DNA of 64,000 bases from Sphaerodactylus townsendi (Eukaryota), in NCBI RefSeq assembly GCF_021028975.2, contig NC_059432.1, positions 91,078,001 through 91,142,000 of the forward strand, given 5' to 3'. Below, piece after piece: positions 37,662 through 50,154 of the stretch (position 1 is the stretch's first letter; the number at the start of each line of letters is the position of its first letter). The translations under genes and the position numbers were made by a program. The notes below the pieces were generated by a model. The model was not told the DNA's origin. It saw only the letters and a program-made list of their open reading frames with translations, and made no database searches.

Positions 37662-38914
37662 TTTAGCTGTCTGCCTAAATCCTGGGAGAAACTTCTAGAA
37701 TTCTTTACTCTCAGAATACGGCTTACATATGCTAGTTTTTAAAAAAGAATAATAACATATAACCAGGATCTGTCAGGAATTCACATGATCCACAGCATCA
37801 AACGGCATGTTTTCTTGTCTCAGTGCAAATTCCCAGGTGTATTCACCTGTTCTGTTTGAACTGCTTGTTGTGAGGGATTGATTTGTTATAGCTTTGCTAA
37901 AACATGGAGCTGACTGCTGAACCATCCTTTGTACTTCCACACCACCCTGAAATAATAACCTCTCATTCATTGCTTAGCTCTGGGTGGACTGTCCATCATC
38001 TACTCCCTGTCTCATCTTTGTCTTCCACTATGGAACTGACTATCTGTTTCCATTAACTTTACTAGTATAGCTTGGAGTTCTGACCCCAGGTCTTCTAACA
38101 ACTGGGTTTGCCTGAGCCCTGCATAGCCATAAATCCCAATCAGCACCTTACTTCAATATTTTGTGGCACACTAGTCTCTGTTCTTAAAATCCTGTAATGA
38201 AACATATGTGCAAACATGAAATTAACATACAACACTAACTTTTTGGGTTACCTGTAAATCTGTAGTCCTAGGGCTAACTCATTTACTCCGAAGATGAGAA
38301 GTTCAAATCATTAAAATGATTTAAAGTGTTCTTTCCCACCATGGAGTGATTGGATTAAATATATATCTGTGTAGTGAGAATGTCAAATGCTTTAAGTGAG
38401 AAATATGTTTTTCACTCCAATAGCATTTCAGAACAAATGTAAGAAAAAGTTATTTCTACCTTTTCCTGGCTGGACTTCAACAATTTTTGCTTTGTAGGCA
38501 GCTATAGCCAACCATTAAAGACCTTTGTTAATTGGGTTATTTGTATATATTGTGTTGTTTGTATATATTGTATATTGTATATTCATGGCTAGTTGAAACA
38601 AGAACAAAGGCCTACAGTGATATATTTTTGGAAAGTGTTAAATCTTAAAAAGTAATGGGAAATCCTAATTGAAATGAGGAATCTTAATTGAAGTTTGAGG
38701 AATAAGGATTTTGGACAGGAAAAGATGAAAATCAAGCCACGATAACAGCATTTTGTTGTATTTAGCTATTTTGCAAACATTTTAATGTAATCTTTATGGC
38801 AGTATTGGTAACCACTCGAAGTGGTGTTTCTTAAGTAGCGAGTCGGTGAGTTTCCTGTAGGCAACATCTCAATGGAAATTGTCACTTTGTTCATATAATC
38901 TATGAAGCAATATT

Positions 38915-39218
38915 AGGAGGAGGAGGAGGAGTTTGGATTTATATCCCCCCTTTCTCTCCTGTAGAAGACTCAAAGGGGCTTACAATCTCCTTGCCCTTCC
39001 CCCCTCACAACAAACACCCTGTGAAGTGGGTGGGGCTGAGAGAGCTCCAAAAAGCGGTGACTAGCCCAAGGTCACCCAGCTGGCATGTGTGGGAATGTAC
39101 AGGCTAATCTGAATTCCCCAGATAAGCCTCCACAACTCAAGTGGCAGAGCAGGGAATCAAACCCGGTTCCTCCAGATCAGAGTGCACCTGCTCTTAGCCA
39201 CTATGCCACTGCTGCTCT
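38915..39218 (-). mobile_element. Full-length tRNA-derived SINE (Squam3-like) with (CTC)n tail
   Basis: The minus-strand head has box A TGGCATAGTGG and box B GGTTTGATTCCC. The 3' end is ATAAATCCAAACTCCTCC. Confidence 0.9.
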
Positions 39219-39779
39219 AACCCTATGATTAGGGTTAATAGGAGAGGGTTCTAGGTAATCAGCTACTCTATTCACATGAGCTTGTTAAGAATCAGACATT
39301 ATCAGATTGGTTCATGTTTTTCTGTGCAAATCAATGCCACAATACCAAGCAGGTATTGAAACACATCCACTAGGCAAGACTAGGTAACCATTATAGGACA
39401 TTCTTATGGTCATCAGATTAATGAGTTCAATCATTGGGAAGTATTACTGTGCAAGACTTATTTTTAATGAGTGAAAAATATGAAGGAACACTGTTGCAGG
39501 CTTGTGTACACTTGAGGATTTGTGCAGAAGACCTTATCAGTGGATTATGTCCCATGTATGAAAATAATGTGGTATGGAAGACATGTTAATCAACCATTCC
39601 CTTTAGAAATTAACCATTTTAGCAGATGATTGCTCATCTAGAGATATCCAGTCAAGTTTCCAGAATTATCAACATGTTTGCATTTTGGCAAGCATACCTG
39701 CTGAATGCATGAATACAAGCATTTAGAGAGGCAGGAAGGAGTCAGCAATGGGTAGAAGGGCAGGGGAAGCATACAAATC

Positions 39780-39960
39780 AGCACAAGGGAGGGGGGAGGC
39801 GGGTTGAGACTAGGCAGACTGGCTTTGGGCGGAGGGAAGAGGTCCAGGACAAAGCTGTGCTTGCTGGCAACGCTGCCTACTCTGACGGCAACGCAAAATG
39901 AAATTTGCGCTAGAAGTGGTCTCACTTGCCGAGGTGAGAATAAAAAGTGAAAGCAGGGCT
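39780..39960 (+). promoter_or_regulatory. Possible promoter or first exon (GC boxes, GGCAAC half-sites, ATG 39898 to GAG|gtgaga)
   Basis: GGGAGGCGGG and GGGCGGAG boxes, locally raised CpG, donor at 39934 and an IRF-like AAAAGTGAAAG. Motif-level evidence only. Confidence 0.25.
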
Positions 39961-41472
39961 TGAGGAAATACATCCATAACAAGAAATCTTGTGGCAACAC
40001 ACATTCCCCCCCCCATTGTACAGCAGATATCTTGTATGAAATAGGCCACTGTTTTTATAAAATCCTGGAAGAATACCATTTGGAGAAACACAGCAGTATT
40101 TTACAGGTGAAGGAAAAGTATGTTGCTCTCCCTGTCTTCCTTTGTAAAGCCACCTCTTTTTCACAATTCAGCCAGGAGATGACCAAGTGCTCATCTTTCA
40201 TGGTGATTTGTGAGCCAAACATTTTTCTCTGTAGCCTCCTACTGCTTCTTGTAAAAACTTTCTCGCCTTTTGGAGGCAATAATGTGCACTGCAAAGTGCT
40301 AACCAGGGAAAATTCTCCAGACCCAAGGAATGCCTCGCACGATCGCTGTGTGTTTTTATAATAAAATGGGAGAGTGCTAAATAATTTACATAGACAAATG
40401 AAAACTAATTTGCTAATTTTTAATTTTTACCCAGTTGCACGGACAGTGTGGTGAATAATTAACAACTTAGAAATGAATTTCAGATCAAACTCTTTCCTTT
40501 GTAGGGTCTAGTTTTAAATGTTATCATCTGCATATTCAGCCTGAATGCTCATTTATTATAAAAAAACATTTTTTTAAAAAAAAAATAAAAGCCCAGAGGA
40601 AAAAGTGTTCAGCATGAACTGGGCTGTAATAAGACTGGCAGACTCTAGAGACTTGGCTTTGTTTCCACATAGATTCAGTATAATTTGTTCAAGGTTGTTT
40701 TTTGAATTATTCATGGAAACCAATGCTCTTAGCATCAAGAAGCATCCAACTAGCATCTATCAGATGGCTTCTTTTGCGGCTCTTTTTTTTGTGTGGGGGG
40801 GTATGTAAAGGTTTCTAGTAGGACACCTCTCCTTCAGTTGCATGGCTGGATACTGGAGGATTCTATCTATCAAACACTGAACATTAAGAGCATGCATTAT
40901 AGCTAATATGGGAATTTCACATAGTGTGCAAACTGCCTCTGGGAGGGCAAACCCTTGAAACCTGAGATTGTAGGCGCTGAAGAGCTAATAAACCTTGACA
41001 GTTTATGTATTATTTGCTTTGACTCAGAGTTACTGGCACTGAGGAAAACGCAGCTTATAGCTTCAGATGAGTACTATTAGATGAAGTACACAAGTCTTTG
41101 GCGTTTTGACACATAACATTATAGAAGATTGATAGGAACAAGGGATTATCAGAGTGGGTAGAGGAACAGTACTTCAAGAAGCAAGTTTCAATTTACAGGA
41201 AGTGGGAAACGGTGTGGTTCCTTGTTTCCAGCATCAGAGTGCAGGATTCAACAAAGTCTTAATCCTTATGCTTGAATGTATTCATGGTTAGATTCAAGCA
41301 GCTGCTATAAATTTTGTAATTAAACCAGTGCCAGTGCCCCTTTCTTGCGGTGACCTTTTAAAGTCTGAACTGAGCCTGTGGCATGACTCTGTGGCAAGGG
41401 TCAAACTATTTTGGCCCAAGAGCTATAGCCTGGAATGAAGATCTTCCTTGCACTTAGAAGCCTTTCCCTCAC

Positions 41473-41518
41473 TTTTTTTGGCTGTTCAGCATGTGAGGCG
41501 GATTGACTTTGGGACCTT
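41473..41518 (-). CDS. Candidate exon (phase 1/2), GPKVNPPHMLNSQK
   Basis: Acceptor cctgtttcag, donor AAA|gtgagg. The phases link 44894 to 29393. Confidence 0.4.
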
Positions 41519-43381
41519 CTGAAACAGGCTTATTAACATAGAGGAGTCGTCGGCACCCACTATTTTATGTTGTGCAGGGGTTGGGATCTTCAGATGCATG
41601 TCTGGTACAGAAGTCCATGGGTGAATCCTGAGGTACGTATGCGCCAGCATGGGAGACCCTGGCATATATATAGTGTTGCTAGTCTGCTCCCTGTAGAGTT
41701 TCAATATGGGGCAGTCAGCAGGAAAAGTATTTTCTTTTGGCTATCAGGGGCCTCAATTATATCAGCATGCCCAGCGTGTGCCTTGGAGGTGTTGTTGGGA
41801 GGCTGCGGGGCCATGACAGACAGGGTTGCCAGAACTACTCTGAAATTATCAGGCATTTAAAGGGCCACAGCTATCATGATATATTGGTTTTTCCCCCCGG
41901 TTGGGTCTTCTTTGCAATCCAACAGACCTAAAGTGCACTGTTTTAGTTCTGCTTGAAATATGGATGAACCTCCTGCCATTTTGAATGGATGAACCTCCTG
42001 CCATTTTGAACCTCCTGCCATTTTTGTTAGTATATTTTTTGTTTTGTTAATGATTGATTGCTTTAGTACTGTTTCATTCTTAAGGAAATGTCAAAGGTAT
42101 CTCCTTGTAAAAAGGAACCACATTGTACTGAGATTCTGCTGTAATTGATTTCTTGTTAGACTGAGATTTGTACCCACAACAGTTCGTGTGGATCCTGATT
42201 CCCTGAACTGGGAAGCTTGCCTCTAGCAACTGGAACAATGTGTGTGTTTCTTGATATGGTATGGATCCATCCATGCCTGCAATGCCCAGACCATGTTTGA
42301 TATGGATTGGTTACGGATATTTGATGATCTAGTTGATTGGAAAACACAGTGACACTCATTGGACCCTTTCACAACGAAGGGCGTGCAGCAATTGGTCAAA
42401 CCTGTATGTTCCTTGAAGGACTTGGATCTTGTCTTTATTGAAGACATTACAAATCTTGTCTTTATTGAAGAGCCTTGGTTACAATTGTACTGAAGGTTCG
42501 GAATTCGGCCAATTCCAGCCCATTGATCCGAATCTGGTCCGAATCCGAATTGGAACGAATCTGGCTGGTATCGACCAACTCTATTGGAGAGATGTCAGTT
42601 GAGTTTGTGACTTTCAAATGAAGTTTAGCTTTTGGACAAGTGCCTGCATAATAGTTTGCTTTAACAAGTGCCTGCATAATAGTTTGCTTTTGGGAATTAT
42701 TTTTGTGGTTTCAAACACGATTTCATGACTTGTGCTGCACCTCTCATGGTGAATTCTGAGATATGAATGTATTTATATAAGACGATGCTACAGACTATAT
42801 TGGTAGTATTGTAACAGACCTCTAGCTAATTTTTCTCTGTGGTAACAATAGTATTATTTGGCAAGAACACTAACATAAGTTAGGAAGAGCTAGCTCACAG
42901 CTTTACTCTGCAATCCAAAGTGGAGTTACATCCTTCTCCAATCCTGTTGACCTCAATGAATTTAGAAGGGTGTGATTCAGTTTAGGATTAATCTATAAAC
43001 CCGGTTATATTCTTGATCCCTTTTGTCATTGTTCTTCCTACACTGGCACAGATTCTATCTGTTCTTCCCTGGGAGAACAGTTCTTCATATAACCTTCATT
43101 TTTTTTTTAAAAAAATTAAGAATGTGCTCAGATACTTCATAAAAGTGAAGCTTCCCACTGAGGCCAAGAAAGGCTGGAATCAGAGCTTTTTGATCAGACA
43201 GGATTTTCGCTCTTTTGTCCCAATAGCATCAGCAATCTGAGAGGCTATTAAAATGCTCCCTCCTGTCCTGTAAGTATCAAAACGCTTGTCTGTCCGAGAA
43301 TCTTTCTTTCAGGGCTATTCGACTCCTGCTCATTTCTTGTCACTTCTTTGTTAGCTCAACTTCAATTGAATTGCACTTCAG

Positions 43382-43501
43382 GCTACAGTCTTTGACTCAA
43401 ACACGGGTCACTTAAGCCTAACGGCTCTTACTTGAGGCTTAAAGATCTGTTCTTGGCGTCTCATAAACTTCACCATCAAATTAAAACAGATTATTTGGCA
43501 G
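43382..43501 (+). other. Candidate non-coding (UTR or lncRNA) exon, 120 nt
   Basis: Acceptor ttgcacttcag and strong donor CAG|gtaaga. Stops occur in all three frames. Confidence 0.3.
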
Positions 43502-43989
43502 GTAAGAATTGCCACACAAATCCCTCTTGCTGTTTCCTCACTTCCCTACTAACTCAGTTCTCGTACTATAAGGGCTCTGGACAGGCTTTATATGTACCAA
43601 TGGGATTACTCTTCAGTAAGAAGCTTGTGTAGCAGCAGCTTTGCCCAGTCAGCATGAAAGTTTTATGTAGGCTTTTTTAAAGCCATGAAATGTTTCCCCT
43701 GAACTTCTTGAAATGGCTACTATTGCAGTATTTTGAATGAACAATCGGAACGGCTTGTGAAGTAGCCCTGAGTGTGGAATTGTTCAATTCAGAAGGAAGA
43801 AAAGAACTGGGAATGAGCACTTTTGATAGTAATCTGTTTTTGCTGTTTATTGTTAAAATAAATACCAAAAGCAGTAGCTGTAGGAAGAATAAGAAAGCGG
43901 TTTGTAACATGAAATGGAAGAGATGTTCAGATATTTTAAGGGCATCCTGGTCCTTCAAGATCCCTCTGGGCATAAGTATAAATTAAGAA

Positions 43990-44320
43990 AGGCTTTATTT
44001 ATTTATTTAGATACTCATACACAATCCCCCCCCCCCCCCAGAGATCCAAAACAGCTCACATCATTATTTTCTCATCTTCCATTTTATAATCAGAACAATA
44101 ATCCTGTGAATTGTGTTAGTGGTGGCGAACCTTTGGCACTCCAGATGTTATGGGCTACAATTCCCAACATCCCCTGCTAGCATGGCCAATTGGCCATGTG
44201 TTAGGCTGAGCAGAGTAACTGGCCCAGGGTTACCCAACAAGCTTCCATGGCAGTCTGGGGATTTGAATCTCTGTCTCCCAGATCCTAGTGCAACATACTA
44301 ACTACTACACCATGCTGGTT
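43990..44320 (-). mobile_element. MIR-like tRNA-derived SINE interrupted by a partial hAT-like MITE (~44117-44198); similar SINE at ~48255-48430
   Basis: SINE part: AACAATAATCCTGTGA...TTAGGCTGAG...GGGGATTTGAA...CTACACCATGCTGG. Insert: TAGTGGTGGCGAACCTTTGGCACTCCAGATGTT. Confidence 0.7.
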
Positions 44321-44893
44321 CTTTTGATTAAGAAACAATTTGTATAAACCTGGGCCTTTTGTGTGAGTACAGGGACATTTCTTCAGGTCTGAAATTGGGT
44401 CTTAAGCTAGTTATATCTCATGTGATATATAACTATTTTAAGACACATTGATTTCAATAGGAGCTGTATAACTCCGGTACTTTATGGGGTGCATATAACT
44501 TTGGTAATATTTGGAACTTTGCAGTATTGGTTAAACACTTCAAGGAATAGGTTCATCCTAAATTTGTTGGGTGCCATACTCAAGGGATAGTTAAATAATT
44601 TGTACAGTCGGATGTAACCATATACAGGTCACACACACACACACAAATGAAAGCATATTCCCCTATATGAGGATTTAAACTCTGACATTCTGAGCAAAAC
44701 CCCCATGAATTTTCAACATTAAGAAGACAAGAAGGCATTTGAATTAGTATCAGTTTCTGTAAGGTGGATGATGCTAAAAGTAAAGTGTGCTGGCAATTTC
44801 TCTCTCTTCTTTCTGTGTGTGCCTGTGTGTGTGCGTGTGCGTGTGTGTGTGTGAGAGAGAGAGTCCACTTCATATCACACTTACAGCACTCAC

Positions 44894-45010
44894 TTCTTTT
44901 ATCCTTTCTGCTTTTTGGAGAGAGTGGTACAATTTGTATAATGGAAATTACTGATCTATTTAACAACAATAGAAATTTAGCCCAAGCAGTTAAGTCACTA
45001 CATCCCAGCA
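44894..45010 (-). CDS. Candidate exon ending ...SVISIIQIVPLSPKSRKDKR (acceptor at 45011 or 44956)
   Basis: Acceptors gattttttttaaag or ttgttgttaaatag. Donor GAA|gtgagt is phase 1 and fits 41518. Confidence 0.35.
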
Positions 45011-45721
45011 CTTTAAAAAAAATCAAATAACTTTGCATACCTTTTGTACCATTTTAGTGCTAGTAATTTGTTGCTATTCAGAGAAAGGAAACCGCGCAAA
45101 TAGCCTCTCGTTCACAGAACAGTGCGCCCTTCCAAATTACAATTAAATCCAATTTTTGTACTGAAAATTAGGCTGGCTCACTGAAATGAGTATGTTTCCT
45201 TGTCAGCCAGTTACTTCAAATGGGTTTCCTGGATCCATGTCGCTGCAGCTGAGATGTTCAAAGATGCAACTGAATTGTGCAGTAATTTGCCTCTGAGTGT
45301 AATCTCTGGCTATCTTTTAAAATGGTTTAGTAAATTAAGCACAGGTTGTAAAGAGACCACAGTAAATCGAACAATGATGCTAATGACTGTTATCAAGTGA
45401 TTAACTATGAAGTTGGAATGTAGTGAAGATTAGCTTATTTCACCTGTGAGATTGCTATGCACTGTCTCTTTATGGTATGGCTAATTAGTATAGTTGTGCA
45501 TTATAGCAGGTCCCAGTAGTGTTGCTGGAGTTATGAATGTGCCAGTGCATTCTCATGCCCTTTAGATAATCACCTTTGCTATTCCTGATTGCTGGGTGGG
45601 ATGAGATTCTATGGGAACTGACCCTCTCCTGTGCAAGCTTATCCAATGAATGGGAACTTAGCAATAGGATAGTAGCCTCATTTATTTCAATGGAGTTTGT
45701 GTCAGGAAGTCTAGTCCATGG

Positions 45722-45771
45722 CTACAACAACTACAACTACAACTACAACTACAACTACAACTACAACTACA

Positions 45772-45850
<79 letters not shown>
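45722..45850. repeat. Compound microsatellite (ACAACT)n followed by (ACT)n
   Basis: Visible directly. It explains the poly-Y, poly-T and poly-S ORFs. Confidence 0.95.
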
Positions 45851-46739
45851 TCCTTCCAGCTGCCAAGAAGCAAATTCAAATTCCTTCCTCCCCATTTTAT
45901 CCCATGCCAAGCAACATAACTCAACCAATGAGCAGGAGTTGAACATAATTAATAGTAATTTAACTGTCACTCTGTTGTGTTCCACCTTATTTAATTTGGA
46001 CTATTTCAGAGTACCAATACCATCAGGGGTGGGGGGGGGACGAAGGACGCAGGCATGCCCCAAGCGCAGCTCCCCCTCGCTCTGCCCCTGCATGAGACAT
46101 AAGTATGGCTGAGGGGGTTCATTTGTGCATGCCTGCATAGCTACACATCAGTAGGAAGTAAATAAAAAAATATGCGAAAGCACGACAGCAACCCGGATTG
46201 TTTCCATGGGCTCCAATCACTGCCTGCACGGATGCATGCGAATGTGAAAACAGGAAACCGGGTTACTTTATTCCGACTGCAACCTGCTATACTTTTGCTG
46301 TGCAAAAAGGGCCTTAGAGACACTCCAGACATCTGGAAATCCTAGCTATCGAAATTGCCCTATAACCTGGAACATATATCTAGATGTCATCAATTAGTGT
46401 TATCCAACATTTCACTTCTGCAAATGCCACAGTATTTTGGATTCCAAAGTCAATTCACATTAACAAAGTTGTGTAATCTACTGCTTAAGTCAGCTTCTGT
46501 TTCCCCATTCAAGCAGTCAAGAATGTGAACAGTAAAAACGGGGATGACCTGGTTCAAATGCCACCTTGACCATAAGCTTACTAGATTGCCATACAGAAAT
46601 CATGGTTTCATGACTTCTACCTACAACCTTGCAGAATACTTCCTTGAATTGCTGTGTGAATAGTTATGAACAACACTTCTGTTAGGTAAAATGATATTAA
46701 TGCAAATAGGGATGTGGAATGATACACTCTAACCCATTC

Positions 46740-46878
46740 ATGGATGAGAGGCTTCCAAGGAGGACTGACTGCAGAAGAAGTCAATGGCAAACCACCTGTC
46801 TCATCACTTGCCTTGAAAACCCTATGGGGTGGTAGTCTCCATTACTTGGTTGCAATTTCATGGCACTTCATACACACC
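46740..46878 (+). mobile_element. Sauria-SINE/RTE-type 3' tail fragment
   Basis: AATGGCAAACCACC...CACTTGCCTTGAAAACCCTATGGG...ATGGCAC. Confidence 0.6.
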
Positions 46879-47278
46879 CATGGCTGCGACCAATACCTGT
46901 AATAAAGCAAGGGGTGTTGCTGACATTGTTCACTGGGAGGGGATACAGTTCTGCCTTGGAAGTAACTCGGATGCCTGCATACTGTTTCATAGGAGTCAGT
47001 TCAATAAACTGTATCTGTATCATACATATTTAGAGCAACATTTCTTCTTTGATGGGGGTACTTGAGTTGGCAAAACTCATTTTTTTACAGTGCTCTTTGA
47101 TAATGGCTTGTGGTGGAGCTGATATATGCTTGGACTAAGCTGCTTCTGCAGCTGATGAAATGTTTGCTTTGGAAATGCTCCCACTTCACAATCTCAAGTA
47201 CTATGGAAACAATAATTAAATAAGAGTCTGGAACACAGACACGGTCATTATCAAACCGCTTCCACTTTCGCGTGTTAC

Positions 47279-47399
47279 TTTATCTTCTGCCTCTTGCTCT
47301 GCTGCCAGCTTCTTCTTCATTGCCTTCTTCTCTTCTTCTTCTTCTTTTTTGAGGATCCTTAAATTTTCCCAAAGCCTGTTTTTATAATGTTCTATTTTG
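47279..47399 (-). CDS. Candidate exon (phase 2/0), KIEHYKNRLWENLRILKKEEEEEKKAMKKKLAAEQEAEDK, coiled-coil-like
   Basis: Pyrimidine-rich acceptor ending catcaaag, donor AAA|gtaaca. Phase fits exon 48877-48991. Confidence 0.45.
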
Positions 47400-47839
47400 C
47401 TTTGATGAGTGGTGATAAATAAAAGTAGCAAGGGAAGTGGAGGAATAACTTTGTGATTCTTCTTTCCAGATGGAAGCAGCAAGGAAGAGGGTTGAGGGTC
47501 AATCAGGCATGCGGATTCAGCGGGTCTAATGCCTGCAAGCCACAAGGGGACTGAGCTCCTGCTGGTACCAAGGGCGAGCTGGGGAGTAGCAGGATCCATC
47601 CAAACGAAGGGCTGGTGCATGAAATTCCCAGGCTGATTGTAACTTCTTCCCACTGATACCTACTAATTAATGATTGCAGTTTATTTCAAACACTTCTACC
47701 CCCCCCCCCTTCTTTCCAAAAGGCATTCAGAGTGGCTTAAAAGGCTAAAAACTATTATGAAAAGCATACTGTAAAAACTCAACAGTAATACAAGCAGCAT
47801 CCTTCTTTTAAGTAAGCCTCCAAAAATATCACCATCCTA

Positions 47840-48071
47840 CTGTGTTTCCCCGAAAATAAGACAGTGTCTTATATTAATTTTTGCTCCCAAAGATGCGCTA
47901 TGTCTTATTTTCAGGGGATGTCTTATTTTTCTGTGTTCTGTTTGTTGGGCATGCTTCCAAACAAAAACTTTGCTACGTCTTACTTTCGGGGGATGCCTTA
48001 TATTTCGCACTTCAGCAAAACCTCTATTATGTCTTATTTTCTGGGGATGTCTTATATTCAGGAAAACAGGG
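47840..48071. mobile_element. Tc1/mariner (Tc2-like) MITE with TA TSD
   Basis: TA-CTGTGTTTCCCCGAAAATAAGAC...GTCTTATATTCAGGAAAACAGGG-TA, with three internal GTCTTA.TTT..GGGGATG.CTTAT repeats. Confidence 0.85.
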
Positions 48072-48477
48072 TAGCGCTCAGCTAGCTTGGGTGTAAGAAA
48101 AATTAGCTGCCTGGAAAAACCCTCAGGTATACGCTGTTCAGGTTAAAGACGACAGGAGATTTGTGGATTCATCCACCGTTTCCTGGACCGTCTTTGTTCT
48201 AGAATGTTCCACTTGAGTCCTACTGCTTACCCAGTTGTGTCTTCAAGCGTTTTCTTCTCCTCCATTTTCTCCTCACTATAGCCCTGTAAGGCAGGCTAAG
48301 CCGAGATCATTCAACTGGGTCAAGGTCACCCTGCTAACTTTCATGGCAGAGTGGAAATTCAAACCTGTGCTTCCCAAATTCTAAGCCAGTATACTACACT
48401 ACTCTACAAACTACTACACAACACAGTAGTAGTATCCTTACTTACACAGGACAGTTTGTTTACATTTTATCTTTTGA

Positions 48478-48650
48478 ACATGCATGACGCAGCTTAAATT
48501 GAGTCAGACCAGAGTCAGTACTGTCTTCTCTGACATGCAGTGGCTCTCCAGCCTCTCAGATGGAGGGTTTTCAAGTGGAGATACCGAAGACTGAACCGGG
48601 GGCTTTTCGTATACAAAAGAGATGTTCTACTGCTGAGCCACAGCCCTTCC
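48478..48650 (-). mobile_element. tRNA-derived SINE (Squam2-like); second copy on + at ~59752-59935
   Basis: Head GGGCTGTGGCTCAG..GTAGA and body GGAGAGC..CTG....CAGAG.AGACAG.A.TGACTC are shared by both copies. Confidence 0.65.
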
Positions 48651-48876
48651 TTTCAACTCAGATGAAGTGGTCTGAACTACCTCCTGCTGGCTGTTGAATA
48701 ACTTTTATCTCACTGTACTCTTGAAACTTTATTTCTTAAAGGATTCTTTAAATTCTTTGTGATGCATAGGCAAAAATAAATTTTGACTTAGGGTGTGTGT
48801 GCTCAGTGTTGCCAGCTGTTGTTTGTGAGGTGGATTCAGAATGGCATTGCTCAGCAAAGATACAGTACAAGAATAC

Positions 48877-48991
48877 TGCTCCAAGCTTTTTCCATTCATT
48901 ATGACTGCGTTCCTTATTTCAGCATTTTTAGACTGGCTTCTCTTTGCATCTGTAGCTAAGCAGCTGCGAGACATTAAATTCAGGGTGTTTT
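48877..48991 (-). CDS. Candidate exon (phase 1/2), NTLNLMSRSCLATDAKRSQSKNAEIRNAVIMNGKSLE
   Basis: Acceptor ctctatgaatctacag, donor CA|gtattc. Only one frame is open. Confidence 0.4.
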
Positions 48992-49419
48992 CTGTAGATT
49001 CATAGAGAGTATAATTCATTTGAACAAGAGAAGTATAGAAACAGTAAGGGATGAAGAGTAAAAACGAGAAGTGAAGTACTGATTTTATCCCAAACTGTTT
49101 TGGTTGACAATAATGAATGGACGGACAGTTCTTTTAGGCATTTCTTAGTTTAAGTAATCCAAATGACTGAATGGCTTCATTACTTTCCAGATGGGGAGAA
49201 ATGGTCTTTCATGGCGTTGTCATTTAGTGAAAATTACCCTATATGTAAAGATTATAAGGCCTTCATAAAACAGGTTGGATTCTAGTTTAGATAATAACAA
49301 CAGAATTATACAGTTCACTATTAATTCCAAACATACATTCTTGTGTGCCGCAATATGCCAGTAATTTCATTGAGACTTTTGTGTGTTCAGTTACCCTCAG
49401 TGGCCATATTGCACTCTAA

Positions 49420-49560
49420 GGCCCCTTCCGCACATGCAAAATAATGCATTTTCAAACCACTTTCACAACTGTTTGCAAGTGGATTTTGCTATTCTGCACA
49501 GCTTCAAAGAGCACTGAAAGCAGTTTGAAAGTGCATTATTCTGCATGTGCGGAATGAGCC
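49420..49560. mobile_element. 141-bp Harbinger-like MITE, copy 3, with a perfect TAA TSD
   Basis: TAA at 49417-19 and 49561-63. Near-identical to 12486-12626. Confidence 0.92.
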
Positions 49561-50154
49561 TAAGATTTTTAGTTACCTCTGGGCTCCTCTGTTAGAGTTT
49601 TCAGAGATATGGTTACATTGTTTAATGTTTCAAGGGAGGTTCTTGATTGTTGCAGGGTTTGTCAGAAATTGTATTTTCCCTGCATTGCAAAACTGTGCAG
49701 AGGATTAAGCACTGAATCTTAGGTTTGTGTATGTGATTTTACTGTTAAGCAGCTACTTCTATCTCATTACAGGATACTTTGCAGTTCATTTAAAACAACT
49801 ATATCGAATTAAGGAAAAGTAATGTTCCAAGAAAAAAAAATGGAAGGGTGTATAAGCAATTAAGTTTAAAAAACTATTCAAGATGCAATGCAATTTTTTT
49901 AAAAAAAATCCTACACTGGTATTGATCCAGCTGTTCTGTAGGTTTTACTTTGAGTAACATGAGCAAAAATTCAGGTATCTACTCTGAGAATTTTATATTC
50001 AACCAGAAGTGGGTGATGGGATGGGTGAAGGGGATGGAAGTGTTGCTCTGCCGTGTTCTCTAGAGCCCAGGTAAATAACCAAGGAGCATGTCAAGCATCC
50101 AAGATATCTTAAATAGATATCCTACTTAACGACATGTTGTGTGAAAAGAAAAAT

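Noticed and set aside
39140-39218. tRNA-like A and B boxes
   Set aside because: This is a SINE head: no cloverleaf, and it is continuous with the SINE body.
45576-46112. Longest ORF in the track (178 aa, poly-NY/Y) and the overlapping poly-T and poly-S ORFs
   Set aside because: They are open only because the (ACAACT)n(ACT)n microsatellite lacks stops in those frames.
46269-46285. 17-nt micro-exon (VAVGIK) that would fix the phase between 47279 and 44955
   Set aside because: The acceptor is weak and it lies inside a probable Harbinger-like MITE ending GTGCAAAAAGGGCC-TTA at ~46313.
47895-48060. Spaced direct repeats resembling a CRISPR array (also 41960-42024 and 54330-54406)
   Set aside because: The DNA is vertebrate, there are no cas genes, and the repeats are MITE-internal or simple tandem duplications without unique regular spacers.
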